A DNA stretch of 64,000 nucleotides from an uncultured Treponemataceae bacterium (GCA_964482955.1 CAYZZW010000007.1:5315-69314), one strand, 5' to 3'; shown: positions 8,434 to 18,030, counted from the stretch's first letter. The notes: generated by a model from the letters alone, not told the origin. Numbers and translations: made by a program.

Positions 8434-9893
8434 CTTTTCTCCTGGGCGAGTTCGCGTTTGATCGAGGCGACGCTGGCGGAACCGTCGTGGAGCGCGCCCG
8501 CGAGCAAGCCGGCCGACGCCCCCGCGCCGAAGGCTTCCGCCAGGTCGGAGGCTCCGCGAGCGCCGCCCGACGCGATGACGGGAACGCCCCCCGCGGCCCG
8601 TACCGCGAGACGGAGCAGGTCGAGGTCGTAGCCGCTCCGCGTGCCGTCGCGGTCCATGCTCGTGAGGAGTATCTCCCCGGCGCCGAGCGACACGGCGCGG
8701 GCGATCCATTCCCCGACGCGCGTTCCGGTGGGCGTGCGCCCCGCGTCGACGGACACTTCGTACGAGCCGTCGGGGGAGCGCGACGCGTCGACGGCGCACA
8801 CGCACGCCTGCCGGCCGTACTCGCCCGCGATGGACGCGATCAAGGACGGATTCCGGAAGGCGGCCGAGTTGACCGCCACCTTGTCCGCTCCCGCGCGGAG
8901 CAGGGCTTCCGCGTCCGCGGCCGAGCGCACGCCACCGCCCGCGCACAGCGGGATGCCGACGCGCTTCCGGATGGCGGCGATCGCGCCGAGGTCGTGGGAA
9001 ATGCCGCGCGCGCCGGCCGCGATGTCGAGCGCCACGAGCTCGTCGGCGCCGTCGCGTTCGTAACGCTCGGCGAGGTCCGCGGGATCGCCCGAGTCCCGGA
9101 GTCCCTCGAAGCGCGTACCCTTGACGACACGGCCATCGCGGATATCGAGGCACGGGATGACGCGTTTCCCGGGCAGACGGATGATGCCTGGCGTTCCGCC
9201 TGGCGTTCCGCCGCGCGACGCACCATCGCCTTCGCGGGCGGCCGCGTTGCCGCGGAGCCATGCCGAGAGGAGCGCGGCGCCGCCGTCCGACGAGAGTTCC
9301 GGGTGGAACTGGCAGAGGAGGACGCGGCCGCGTTCGAGCGCGGCGACGAAGGCGCCGCCGTACTCGGAGTACGAGGCGATCCAGCCGTGCGGGGCCGCGT
9401 CGACGCGGTAGGAATTCGCGTAGTAGGCCTGACCGATCAGCGTCGCCGCGCCGCCGTCCGAGCGGACTGGTTTCCATCCGAACTGCGGGGTCGGCACGCC
9501 GCGGAATGCCCGCACCGTGCCCGGAAGGGCTCCTATGCCGGGCGCGCCTTGCGAGCCATGCGTGCCACGCGCGCCGAGCACACCGGACGCCTCCTCGCTG
9601 CCTTCGAAGAAGAGCTGCATGCCAAGGCAGATGCCGAGCGTCGGCCGGCCCGCTTCGACTCGACGGCGGAACGCTTCGCCCACGCCGGAGGACGCGAGCG
9701 CGGCCGCGACGGCGCCGAAGCTGCCGACGCCGGGGAGGACCGCGTAGTCCGCGCGTTCGATTTCGTCCGCGCGGTCGGTGGCGTAGGGGCGGGCCCCGAG
9801 GCGTTGGAGCGCGGCCCGGAGACTCGCGACGTTCGAGCGGCCGAGGGCCGCCACGGCGACGCGCGGTCCGTCGTTCGGGATCGTGTCACTCAT
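8427..9893 (-). CDS. hisHF: fused imidazole glycerol phosphate synthase HisH-HisF
   Basis: LPGVGSF, GICLGMQ, QFHPE (HisH), then KRVIPCLDIRDGRVVKG, GGGVRS, TSMDRDGT (HisF) in one frame. Confidence 0.92.
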   Translation of the reverse strand: MSDTIPNDGPRVAVAALGRSNVASLRAALQRLGARPYATDRADEIERADYAVLPGVGSFGAVAAALASSGVGEAFRRRVEAGRPTLGICLGMQLFFEGSEEASGVLGARGTHGSQGAPGIGALPGTVRAFRGVPTPQFGWKPVRSDGGAATLIGQAYYANSYRVDAAPHGWIASYSEYGGAFVAALERGRVLLCQFHPELSSDGGAALLSAWLRGNAAAREGDGASRGGTPGGTPGIIRLPGKRVIPCLDIRDGRVVKGTRFEGLRDSGDPADLAERYERDGADELVALDIAAGARGISHDLGAIAAIRKRVGIPLCAGGGVRSAADAEALLRAGADKVAVNSAAFRNPSLIASIAGEYGRQACVCAVDASRSPDGSYEVSVDAGRTPTGTRVGEWIARAVSLGAGEILLTSMDRDGTRSGYDLDLLRLAVRAAGGVPVIASGGARGASDLAEAFGAGASAGLLAGALHDGSASVASIKRELAQEKRC

Positions 9894-10494
9894 CGGGTCC
9901 TCCTTCCGCGTCGAGCGAGCCCTTCACGCTCGGAACGCCGCGCGCCGACGGCCGTACCGCCTCCGCGAGGGCGAGGGCGAGGGCCTTGAAGGCGGCTTCC
10001 GCCTTGTGGTGGTCGTTGTCGCCGCGGAGGAGGTCGAGGTGCAGGGCGAGCTTGCCGCGCGCGGCGAAGGCGGCGAACCAGTGCGTCAGGTTTTCCGTCG
10101 CCACGCCGCCGATCGAATCGCGCGCGAGAGCGAGCTCGATCGACCAGGCGGGCCGCCCCGACAGGTCGACGACCGCGCGCGCGAGGGCTTCGTCGAGCGG
10201 CGCGAAGCCCGTGCCGAAACGCGCGATGCCGTTCCGGTCGCCGAGCGCCCGGTCGAGCGCGGCGCCGAAGGCGATGGCGCAGTCCTCGACCGTGTGGTGG
10301 TCGTCGACGCGGAGATCGCCCGCGCACGAACACCTGAGCGCGAAGCCCGCGTGGAAGGCGAGCGAGGTCAGCATGTGGTCGAGGAAGCCGATGCCCGTGT
10401 CGATTTCGATCGGACCCGGCGCGAGGGTCAGCTCCGCCTCGACGCGCGTCTCCTTCGTGGTCCGCGCGAAGCCCGCGCTCCCGGGGGCGTTCAC
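9886..10494 (-). CDS. hisB: imidazoleglycerol-phosphate dehydratase (monofunctional)
   Basis: RTTKET, TGIGFLDHML, DDHHTVED, NDHHKAEAAFKA; GTG at 10494. Confidence 0.95.
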   Translation of the reverse strand: MNAPGSAGFARTTKETRVEAELTLAPGPIEIDTGIGFLDHMLTSLAFHAGFALRCSCAGDLRVDDHHTVEDCAIAFGAALDRALGDRNGIARFGTGFAPLDEALARAVVDLSGRPAWSIELALARDSIGGVATENLTHWFAAFAARGKLALHLDLLRGDNDHHKAEAAFKALALALAEAVRPSARGVPSVKGSLDAEGGPDE

Positions 10495-11603
10495 GACGGG
10501 CTCCCGAAGGCGCGGAGCGCCGTCTCGAGTACGGCCATGCCGGTGGCCGAACAGGGGCACGACACGCGGACCGCGTCGGCGAGCCCGGGGCGGCCGGGGA
10601 AGGTCCGGACGGCGATGCCCCGTTCCGCGAGGAAGGCCGCGAGAGCCGCCGGTTCCGCCACGCGGGCCAGCACGAAGTTGGCCCGCGAGTCCGTCACCCG
10701 CGCGCCGAGTCCGGCGAGGAGCCGCGAGAGGGCGTCCCGTTCGCCGGCGACGGCGGCGACGGTTTCCGCGAGCGCTTCCGAATCAGCCAACGCGGCCAGC
10801 GCGGCGCGGGCGCCCGCGTTCGAGACCGGGTAGGGCGAGCCCGCCGCGCGGACGGCGTCGGCTTCGCGCGGCGAGGGCGCCACGACGTAGCCGACGCGGA
10901 GCCCCGCGAGTCCGTACGCCTTCGAGAAGGTGCGGAGGACGTAGGCCGTGCCGGACTCGACGAGCGCCGCGCTCGGGTCGTCGTCCGCGAACTCCGCGTA
11001 GGCCGCGTCGAAGAGGAGGGGTTTCCGCGCGAGGGCGCAGGCTTCGGCGAGCGACAGCACGGTCTTCCGGCCGGCTTCGCGGCCGGTCGGGTTGTTCGGG
11101 CTCGCGAGGTAGACGAGGCGGAGCGAGGTGCAGCGCGCGACGAGCTCAGTCGCCTCCGCGAGCGGGAAGGCGCCGTCGCCCCAGGGCAGCGACACGGGCT
11201 CGGCGCCGCGGAGCCGGGCGTAGCGCGTGAACATCTCGAAGCCCGGCGCGAAGTCGAGCGCCTTCGTCCCGCCGGAGAGGAAGACGGAGACCACCCGAGC
11301 CATCGCGTCGTCCGAACCGGCGCACGCGACGACGCGGGCGGGGTCCGTGTCCCAGCGCCTCGCGACGGCCTCTTCGAGCGGAGTCGCGTCCGGGTAGAGC
11401 CGCGCCTCGTCGGCGTCAGCCGCGGCGCGCGCGAGTTCGGCGAGGGCGCGCGCCCCCGGGCGGCCTTCGTTCGCGTCGAGCCGCAGCTTGATCCCGTCGT
11501 CGCGTTTTCGCGCCGGATAGGGGCGCTCGGATTCGGGGCGTCGCGCGTCTCGACCCGTTTCGGTTTCCGCGGAACCTGCCGCGGCGATCATCGTTTCGTA
11601 CAT
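10491..11603 (-). CDS. hisC: histidinol-phosphate aminotransferase
   Basis: LDANE, SPNNPTG, DAAYAEF, RTFSKAYGLAGLRVG. Confidence 0.93.
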   Translation of the reverse strand: MYETMIAAAGSAETETGRDARRPESERPYPARKRDDGIKLRLDANEGRPGARALAELARAAADADEARLYPDATPLEEAVARRWDTDPARVVACAGSDDAMARVVSVFLSGGTKALDFAPGFEMFTRYARLRGAEPVSLPWGDGAFPLAEATELVARCTSLRLVYLASPNNPTGREAGRKTVLSLAEACALARKPLLFDAAYAEFADDDPSAALVESGTAYVLRTFSKAYGLAGLRVGYVVAPSPREADAVRAAGSPYPVSNAGARAALAALADSEALAETVAAVAGERDALSRLLAGLGARVTDSRANFVLARVAEPAALAAFLAERGIAVRTFPGRPGLADAVRVSCPCSATGMAVLETALRAFGSPS

Positions 11604-11634
11604 GACATTCTCCTCGTATGGCGTGCGCGCCGGG

Positions 11635-12531
11635 TCAGGGCACGATCTGGCTTGGTTCGGTGATGACGATCCCGGTGCCGCCGCAAGCGCGGATCCGCGG
11701 GATGAGTTCGGGCAGGTCTGAACGCGGCGCGGCGACCTTGACCGCGTAGCCCGCGTCGCCGTTCAGGCGCGAGACGGTCGGCTCGCGGAGCGCCGGCAGG
11801 AGCCCGATGAGGGCGTCGAGGCGCTCGGTGCCGACGTTGACTTCGAGCATCACGCGGCGACGCGCCTCGAGGACGCTTCCGAGCAGCATGGCGACGTGCT
11901 CGACGCGGGCGCGCCGCGTCCGGTCGTCGAGCGCGCGCGGATTCGCGTAGAGGCGGGTGGTGCTTTCCATGACGACGTCGACGACGACGAGGCCGTTCGC
12001 GCGCAGGGTGGAGCCGCTGGACATGTTGTCGACGATGCAGTCCGCGTCCTCGGGCGGGAAGACTTCCGTGGCGCCGTACGAGCGGACGAACACGGCGTCC
12101 GGGGCGTTCGCGTCGATCCACCGGCGCGTTATGCGCTCGTACTCGCTCGCGACGACGAGACTCCGGGCCGGCAGCGCGCCGCCCTCGAGCAGGCAGGCGG
12201 GACACGCCGCGACGAGCTTCACGGGGTCGAGCCCCGTGTCGAGCACCTCGACGAGGTCGGCGCCGAGCTCCTCGACCCAGTCGCGGCCCGCGAAGCCCGC
12301 GTCGCGGCTCCCGAGCGCGAGCATCTCCACGATGTTCTGCGGCTTCAGGAGCTTCACGTCCATCCAGTCGGCCTGGACGCGCGGCCGGTATTCGCGGTCG
12401 CCGGAACGGATGGCCATGCCGGCCGCCGCCATGAGCGCTTCCACGCCGGCCTGCATGCGCCCCTTGGGCAGGGCCAGCCGCAGCGCGTCCGCGCGCCCTT
12501 CGTTTTCGAATCGGTATCGATTCCCATCCAC
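11635..12531 (-). CDS. hisG: ATP phosphoribosyltransferase, long form
   Basis: LALPKGR, DAGFAGRD, GATEVFP, GSTLRANGL, C-terminal regulatory domain with PTVS; GTG start after AAAGGGG (alternative start 12558). Confidence 0.93.
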   Translation of the reverse strand: MDGNRYRFENEGRADALRLALPKGRMQAGVEALMAAAGMAIRSGDREYRPRVQADWMDVKLLKPQNIVEMLALGSRDAGFAGRDWVEELGADLVEVLDTGLDPVKLVAACPACLLEGGALPARSLVVASEYERITRRWIDANAPDAVFVRSYGATEVFPPEDADCIVDNMSSGSTLRANGLVVVDVVMESTTRLYANPRALDDRTRRARVEHVAMLLGSVLEARRRVMLEVNVGTERLDALIGLLPALREPTVSRLNGDAGYAVKVAAPRSDLPELIPRIRACGGTGIVITEPSQIVP

Positions 12532-12571
12532 GAGTTCCCCCTTTGACGCGCCGGGCATGCCGGTCGCGGCG

Positions 12572-12600
12572 AAAAAAAAGCGCCGGCCACGCGCCGACGC
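12572..12600 (-). terminator. second intrinsic terminator-like hairpin in the his leader
   Basis: minus strand GCGTCGGC-GCGTG-GCCGGCGC-T8. Confidence 0.65.
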
Positions 12601-12620
12601 CCGTTTCGGAGGGAACCCAG

Positions 12621-12652
12621 AAAAAAAAGAGCGCCGGCCAGCGGCCGGCGCT
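12621..12652 (-). terminator. his attenuator terminator
   Basis: minus strand AGCGCCGGCC-GCT-GGCCGGCGCT-C-T8, about 20 nt after the leader stop. Confidence 0.85.
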
Positions 12653-12673
12653 TCGTATCGATAGGCTGTGTGC

Positions 12674-12757
12674 CTATGCCGAAACCATCACCCCGACCGC
12701 GCGTTCGTGGACGTGATGATGGAGATGGATGATCTGGACGAGCTTCCGTCGGTTCAT
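12674..12757 (-). CDS. hisL: his operon leader peptide (27 aa)
   Basis: MNRRKLVQIIHLHHHVHERAVGVMVSA; 5 His in 7 codons, upstream of terminator and hisG. Confidence 0.85.
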   Translation of the reverse strand: MNRRKLVQIIHLHHHVHERAVGVMVSA

Positions 12758-12764
12758 GCGCCTA

Positions 12765-12793
12765 GGGATAAACCCGATCGCGCGGAATGTCAA
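12765..12793 (-). promoter_or_regulatory. sigma70-like promoter of the his operon
   Basis: TTGACA-17-TATCCC, 7 nt before the leader ATG; -10 imperfect. Confidence 0.55.
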
Positions 12794-12904
12794 GGGGCGC
12801 TTCCGCCGCATCCGTGGCGCTTCCTTGACCATCGCCCGGTTTCGAGGTAGAGTGCGCCCGCCCGTAGGGCGCGTTCCGCGCGATCGAAAGCGCGGGACGA
12901 GCGT

Positions 12905-13050
12905 GGTCGATAGGTCCGGCGACGGCGAAAGCCCGAATCGGACGACCGGGGGAATCCGGCGGAAATCCGGAGCTAGCCCGTAACTGTGAAGCCGAGGCGC
13001 CCGCGTCGACACGCGACGCGCCGCGGCAAGCCAGGTAACCCGGATCGACC
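12905..13050 (+). promoter_or_regulatory. cobalamin riboswitch
   Basis: GGGAATCCGGCGGAAATCCGG...GCCCGTAACTGT and AAGCCAGGTAACC (B12 box); P1 GGTCGAT/ATCGACC; upstream of btuFCD-cobT. Confidence 0.9.
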
Positions 13051-13194
13051 GAGATTCCGTGAAAACGCTCCGTGGTCCGGGCGTTGCGAATCGTCGGAGC
13101 CTCCCAGGCCATCGGCCGGGCTCCCGGCCGACTTCCCAAGCCGCCGTTCGCGTTCCGAACCCGCCCCGTTTTCCCCATCGATGGAAGGTCCCAC

Positions 13195-14112
13195 ATGAAA
13201 ACCAGGATGATTCCCGGTTTCGTCCTCGCCGCGCTCGCCGCGCTCGCGCTCGCCTCCTGCGCGCAGAAGAAGTCGTTCACCGACGCCTCCGGCTCCGAAG
13301 TGAAGCTCGATTCGCCGGCCGCCCGAGTCGTGTCGCTCAGCCCGGCGCTGACCGAGATCCTCTTCGCCGCGGGCGCCGGCCCGAAGGTCGCGGGCGTGAC
13401 GAAGTACTGCAACTACCCCGCGGAAGCCCTCGCGCTGCCCAAGGTGGCGGAGTTCTCGCCGGACACGGTGAGCCTCGAGGCGATCGTGGCCCTCAAGCCG
13501 GATCTCGTCGTGGGCGAGCGGAAGGTCCACGAACGGCTCGCGGAGAAATTCAAGAGCGCCGGCGTGCCGCTCCTCGTGCTCGACCTCGACGATATCGACG
13601 ACGTCTACGCCGCGATCGGGCGCCTGGCCGACCTGTCCGGCACGAAGGCGACGGGCGACCGCGTCGTTTCCGACATGAAGGCGCGCGTGAGCGCCGTCGC
13701 CGAAAAGATCGGCAAGCTCTCCGACGCGGACAAGCCCGTCGTCTTCTACGAAGTGTGGGACGAGCCGCTCATGACGGCCGGTCCCGCCACCGTCATCGGC
13801 CAGGTCATCGTCGCCGCGGGCGGACGCAACTGCTTCGCCGACGTGACGCAGGATTATCCGCCGGTGTCGTCCGAACAGCTCGTGTCGCGGAATCCCGCTT
13901 TCATCCTGTCGGCGATCACGCACGCCGCCAAGGTCGATCCCGCGGAGCTGGTCAAGCGTCCGGGCTGGGAAGCGATCGATGCAGTCAAGAACCGGAAGAT
14001 CTTCACGCTCGACGACGACGTCGTGTCGCGTCCGGGACCGCGCCTCGCCGAGCTCGTGGAAATGGTCGCGGCGATCCTGCACCCGGATCTTTTCCCCGCG
14101 GCCACGAAATGA
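13195..14112 (+). CDS. btuF: cobalamin ABC transporter substrate-binding lipoprotein
   Basis: Lipobox LASC; RVVSLSPALTEIL, VTKYCNYP, EAIVALKPDLV, SRPGPRL. Confidence 0.88.
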   Translation: MKTRMIPGFVLAALAALALASCAQKKSFTDASGSEVKLDSPAARVVSLSPALTEILFAAGAGPKVAGVTKYCNYPAEALALPKVAEFSPDTVSLEAIVALKPDLVVGERKVHERLAEKFKSAGVPLLVLDLDDIDDVYAAIGRLADLSGTKATGDRVVSDMKARVSAVAEKIGKLSDADKPVVFYEVWDEPLMTAGPATVIGQVIVAAGGRNCFADVTQDYPPVSSEQLVSRNPAFILSAITHAAKVDPAELVKRPGWEAIDAVKNRKIFTLDDDVVSRPGPRLAELVEMVAAILHPDLFPAATK

Positions 14113-14140
14113 CGGCGACATCCGGCGGGAAGGTCTCGAC

Positions 14141-15157
14141 ATGAAACGCGGCGAAGCGGCGTTCTTCGCCGTCGCGGCCCTCGCCCTCGGGGCGGCGTGC
14201 GTGCTCGCCGTCGCGCTCGGGTCGGTGCGCATCGATCCGTTCGCGGGACTCGCCGATTTCGCGCGCATGCTGCGCGGGGAGGCGTCGACGCCCGCAGGCG
14301 TGATCGTGTCGCTCAGGCTTTCGCGCGTGGCGCTCGCGCTCCTCGTCGGCGCGTCGCTCGCGGCGGCGGGCGCGGCGTTCCAGTCGGTGTTCGGGAATCC
14401 GCTCGCGGATCCGTACGTCATCGGCGCGTCGAGCGGCGCGTCCCTGGGCGCGGTGTGCGCCATCGTGCTCGGGCTCGAGCTGAGCCTCGGCTTCGCGACG
14501 GGGGTCGGCGCGGCGGCCTTCGCGGGGGCGGCGCTCACCGTGCTGCTCGTGTACGCCATCGCGCGGCTTTCGTCCGGGCGGGACGACCCGACCGTCATCC
14601 TCCTCGCGGGGGCCGCGGTCGGGCAGTTCATCTCCGCCGCCGTCACGCTCATCCTCGTGGCGCGCGACCGCGAGCTGTCGAAGGTGTTCTTCTGGCTCCT
14701 GGGCGGCTTTTCGGGCGCGGTGTGGCCGAAGGTGGGGGCGATCGCGCCCGTGCTCGCCGCGGCCTGCGCCGTCATCGTCGCGTCGGCGCGCCCGCTCGAC
14801 CTCCTCGCGTCGGGCGAGGACGAAGCCGCGACCCTCGGCGTCGACCCGCGCCTCGCGCGCCTCGTGGCCGGCGGCGGCGCGGTGCTCGCCACGGCGGGCG
14901 CCGTCGCCGCGTCGGGCACCATCGGCTTCATCGGTCTCATCGGGCCGCACATCGCGCGCGCGTTCGTCGGCGCGGGCAACCGCCGCGCCATTCCGGCGGC
15001 CATGCTCGTCGGCGCCCTGCTCGCGGTGGTCGCCGACCTCGCCGCGCGCTCCGTCTTCGCCCCGGTGGAGGTGCCGGTGGGCGCGTTCACCGCCGCCATC
15101 GGCGCGCCCTTCTTCCTCTTCAGGATCGTGAAGGCCGCCAAGGGAGGCCCGTCGTGA
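14141..15157 (+). CDS. btuC: cobalamin ABC transporter permease (FecCD family)
   Basis: LRLSRV, FGNPLADPYVIG, GTIGFIGLIGPH, VGAFTAAIGAPFF. Confidence 0.9.
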   Translation: MKRGEAAFFAVAALALGAACVLAVALGSVRIDPFAGLADFARMLRGEASTPAGVIVSLRLSRVALALLVGASLAAAGAAFQSVFGNPLADPYVIGASSGASLGAVCAIVLGLELSLGFATGVGAAAFAGAALTVLLVYAIARLSSGRDDPTVILLAGAAVGQFISAAVTLILVARDRELSKVFFWLLGGFSGAVWPKVGAIAPVLAAACAVIVASARPLDLLASGEDEAATLGVDPRLARLVAGGGAVLATAGAVAASGTIGFIGLIGPHIARAFVGAGNRRAIPAAMLVGALLAVVADLAARSVFAPVEVPVGAFTAAIGAPFFLFRIVKAAKGGPS

Positions 15158-15960
15158 GCGGCGATTCCGGCTTGCGCGCGGTGGACCTGGCGGTCGGCTA
15201 CGGCGCGCGCGTCGTGGCGCGGGGCATCGGATTTTGCGCCGAAGGCGGGCGCGTGCTCGCCCTCGTCGGGCCGAACGGCTCGGGCAAGACGACCCTCATC
15301 CGCACCCTCGTCGCGCTCATGCGCCCGCTCGAAGGCGATGTGTCGCTCGACGGCAAGGATCCCTTCGCGATGGATCCGCGCGCCCGCGCCGCCCTGGTCG
15401 CCTACGTTCCCCAGGCGACGAAGGCGTCGTGGCCGTTCACCGCCCTCGAGACGGTCGTGGCCGGCAGATTCCACGAAGCCGGCTGGTTCGGACGGATCGG
15501 CAGGAAGGACCGCGACGCCGCGCTCGAGGCGATGGCTTCCGTCGGCGTCGAGCGTCTGGCGGAACGGCGCGTCGACGAACTCTCCGGAGGCGAGCGGCGG
15601 CGCGTCCACATCGCGCGCGCGCTGGCGCAGGGGTCGCGCTACCTCGTGCTCGACGAGCCGGCGGCGCACCTCGATCCCGCGCGGCAGGTCGAGCTCATGG
15701 AACTGCTCGCGAAGCTCGCGGACGGCGGCAAGGCCGTGATTCTCAGCATCCACGACGTGAACCTGGCGAGGCGCTACGCGCACGACGCGGTCCTGCTCCT
15801 GCCCGACGGCGTCGCCGTATCGGGCGACGCGACGGACGTGCTGTCGCGCGACAACCTCGAAAACTCGTTCGGGACGTCCTTCGTCCTCGGACACCACGAC
15901 GAATACGGACATTTCGCGCTTCCCGTCAGCGAGACGGGGCGCCCCGGGAGAATGCGATGA
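15154..15960 (+). CDS. btuD: cobalamin ABC transporter ATP-binding protein
   Basis: GPNGSGKTT, LSGGERRR, LDEP, HD; GTG at 15154. Confidence 0.9.
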   Translation: MSGDSGLRAVDLAVGYGARVVARGIGFCAEGGRVLALVGPNGSGKTTLIRTLVALMRPLEGDVSLDGKDPFAMDPRARAALVAYVPQATKASWPFTALETVVAGRFHEAGWFGRIGRKDRDAALEAMASVGVERLAERRVDELSGGERRRVHIARALAQGSRYLVLDEPAAHLDPARQVELMELLAKLADGGKAVILSIHDVNLARRYAHDAVLLLPDGVAVSGDATDVLSRDNLENSFGTSFVLGHHDEYGHFALPVSETGRPGRMR

Positions 15961-17021
15961 ACGCCATCACGGATACCGTGCGAAAGATCTCGCCGACCGA
16001 TCAGAACGCCGCCGCCGCCGCGCGCGCGCGCCAGGATTCCCTCACGAAGCCGCGCGGCAGCCTCGGGCGCCTCGAGGACCTGAGCGTGCGCATCGCCGGC
16101 ATCCGAGGCGAAGTCAGGCCCAAGCTCCGGGGCGGCGTCGTCTTCGTGATGGCCGGCGACCACGGCGTCGCCGCGAACGGCGTGAGCGCGTACCCGCGCG
16201 AAGTGACGCCGCAGATGGTGCTTAATTTCCTCTCGGGCGGCGCGACGATCAACGTCCTCTCGCGCTTCGCGAACTGCCGCGTCGCGGTGACCGATTGCGG
16301 CGTGGCGGGCTCGCTCCTGCCGACCGCCGACGGCGACGCGTTCTACGCGCGGAAGATCGCCGACGGCACGGCCGACTTCACGGAGGGCCCCGCCATGTCG
16401 CGCGCCGACGCCGAGCGGGCGGTCGCGATCGGCATCGAGGTGTTCGAGCGGGAGTTCGCGAAGAAACCGTTCGACATCGCGGCGACCGGCGACATGGGGA
16501 TCGGCAACACGACGCCTTCGGCGGCGGTGGTCTCCGTGCTGACCGGCGTGACAGCGCGCGAGGCGACCGGACGCGGCACCGGCATCGACGACAAGACCTT
16601 CGAGCTCAAGGTCGCCGCGATCGAGAAAGGCGTCGCGCTGAACGCGCCCGACCGCCGCGACGGCATCGACGTTCTCGCGAAGGTGGGCGGCTTCGAGATC
16701 GGAGCCATCGCGGGCGTGTGCCTCGCGGCGGCGGCGCGAAAGATCCCCGTCGTCGTCGACGGCTTCATCTCGACGGCCGGCGCCCTCGTGGCGCGCTCCG
16801 TCGCCCCGCTCTGCGCCGAGTACATGATCGCGTCCCACAAGTCCGCCGAGAGCGGCCACCGCGCGGCCCTTGCCAGCCTCGGCCTCGAGCCGCTCCTCGA
16901 CCTCGGCCTCCGCCTCGGCGAAGGCACGGGCGCCGCCCTCGCGGTCGCGCTCTGCGACGCCGCCTGCCGCGCCCTCGACGAGACCGCCACCTTCGGCGAA
17001 GCGAACGTCAGCGACAAGTGA
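15957..17021 (+). CDS. cobT: nicotinate-nucleotide--dimethylbenzimidazole phosphoribosyltransferase
   Basis: LTKPRGSLGRLE, AGDHGV, GDMGIGNTTPSAA, GGFEIG, VDGFI, LRLGEGTGA. Confidence 0.95.
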   Translation: MNAITDTVRKISPTDQNAAAAARARQDSLTKPRGSLGRLEDLSVRIAGIRGEVRPKLRGGVVFVMAGDHGVAANGVSAYPREVTPQMVLNFLSGGATINVLSRFANCRVAVTDCGVAGSLLPTADGDAFYARKIADGTADFTEGPAMSRADAERAVAIGIEVFEREFAKKPFDIAATGDMGIGNTTPSAAVVSVLTGVTAREATGRGTGIDDKTFELKVAAIEKGVALNAPDRRDGIDVLAKVGGFEIGAIAGVCLAAAARKIPVVVDGFISTAGALVARSVAPLCAEYMIASHKSAESGHRAALASLGLEPLLDLGLRLGEGTGAALAVALCDAACRALDETATFGEANVSDK

Positions 17022-17130
17022 CGCCGCTCCGGCTGGCGGGGCGGTCGCGCCGGTTTCCTCGTATTTTCCGGGAAAAGGCTTGAATTTCGCTACCAAAAAG
17101 CGGACTATCGCCCGGTTTACGGAGGATCCC

Positions 17131-18030
17131 ATGAACAAGCGCTTTTGGGCGGCCATGACCGCCCTTGCCCTTGCCCTCGCCCTGGCCGCCGCGTCGTGCT
17201 CGAACGCGGACGTCGGATTCCTGGATGGTCCGAACGCCTACCTCGGCATGAAGAAGCCCGGCAACAAGCCGGTGGTCTTCGCGCCGGGGCTCGTCTCGAC
17301 GCCCCGCCGCCAGGAAGTCACCATCGCGTTCTCGCCCGACGGTACGATGTGCGTGTTTACCGTCGGCTCCTGGCCGGACAATTCGGTCCTCTTCTCCGAG
17401 TTCAAGGACGGCTCGTGGACGCCGCCGGCCAAGATCGGCTTCAGCGAAGGCAGGCTGGCCCTGGAAGCGTCCTTCTCGCCGGACGGCACGCGCATCTACT
17501 TCTGCTCGTCGGAGAAACGGGGCGGCATGGGGTCGGCGGATTTGTGGTATGTCGAGCGCCAGGGAAGCGGCTGGGGCGATATCGTCAACCTGGGATCGTC
17601 GGTCAACACCGAAAACGACGAATTCCATCCCAGCGTCGTCGCCGACGGGTCCGTCTACTTCACCGATTACCAGGGCAACGTCGCCGTCTGCCGCTTCGGG
17701 AACGGCCGGTACGCGGAGCGGGTCGTGCTGCCCGCGCCTGTCAACCTGGCCGACGTGCGGAGCTGGAACGACCCGTACGTGAGCCCCGACGAGAGCCTGA
17801 TGTTCATCAAGTCGCAGCGGCCGGGCGGGGCCGGCATGGTCGACGCCTTCGTGTCCTTCCGGAACGCGGACGGCACCTGGGGCGAGCCCAGGAATCTGGG
17901 AAAGCCCTTCAACACGTCGGGAATGGAAGCGTCGCCCGACCTGAGTCCGGACGGCAAGTACGTGTTTTACGCGATCGACGGGGACATCTACTGGGTCAAG
18001 TCCGACTTCCTCAAGAAGCTGAAACGCTGA
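17131..18030 (+). CDS. PD40/WD40-like beta-propeller lipoprotein
   Basis: Signal peptide ending AASC; repeated FSPDG/SPDG units; GGAGG RBS. Confidence 0.85.
   Translation: MNKRFWAAMTALALALALAAASCSNADVGFLDGPNAYLGMKKPGNKPVVFAPGLVSTPRRQEVTIAFSPDGTMCVFTVGSWPDNSVLFSEFKDGSWTPPAKIGFSEGRLALEASFSPDGTRIYFCSSEKRGGMGSADLWYVERQGSGWGDIVNLGSSVNTENDEFHPSVVADGSVYFTDYQGNVAVCRFGNGRYAERVVLPAPVNLADVRSWNDPYVSPDESLMFIKSQRPGGAGMVDAFVSFRNADGTWGEPRNLGKPFNTSGMEASPDLSPDGKYVFYAIDGDIYWVKSDFLKKLKR

Noticed and set aside
7084-9477. 797-aa and 744-aa ORF-track calls implying even larger His fusions
   Set aside because: N-terminal parts are out-of-frame overlaps; real starts are 8433 and 7087 at stop/start overlaps
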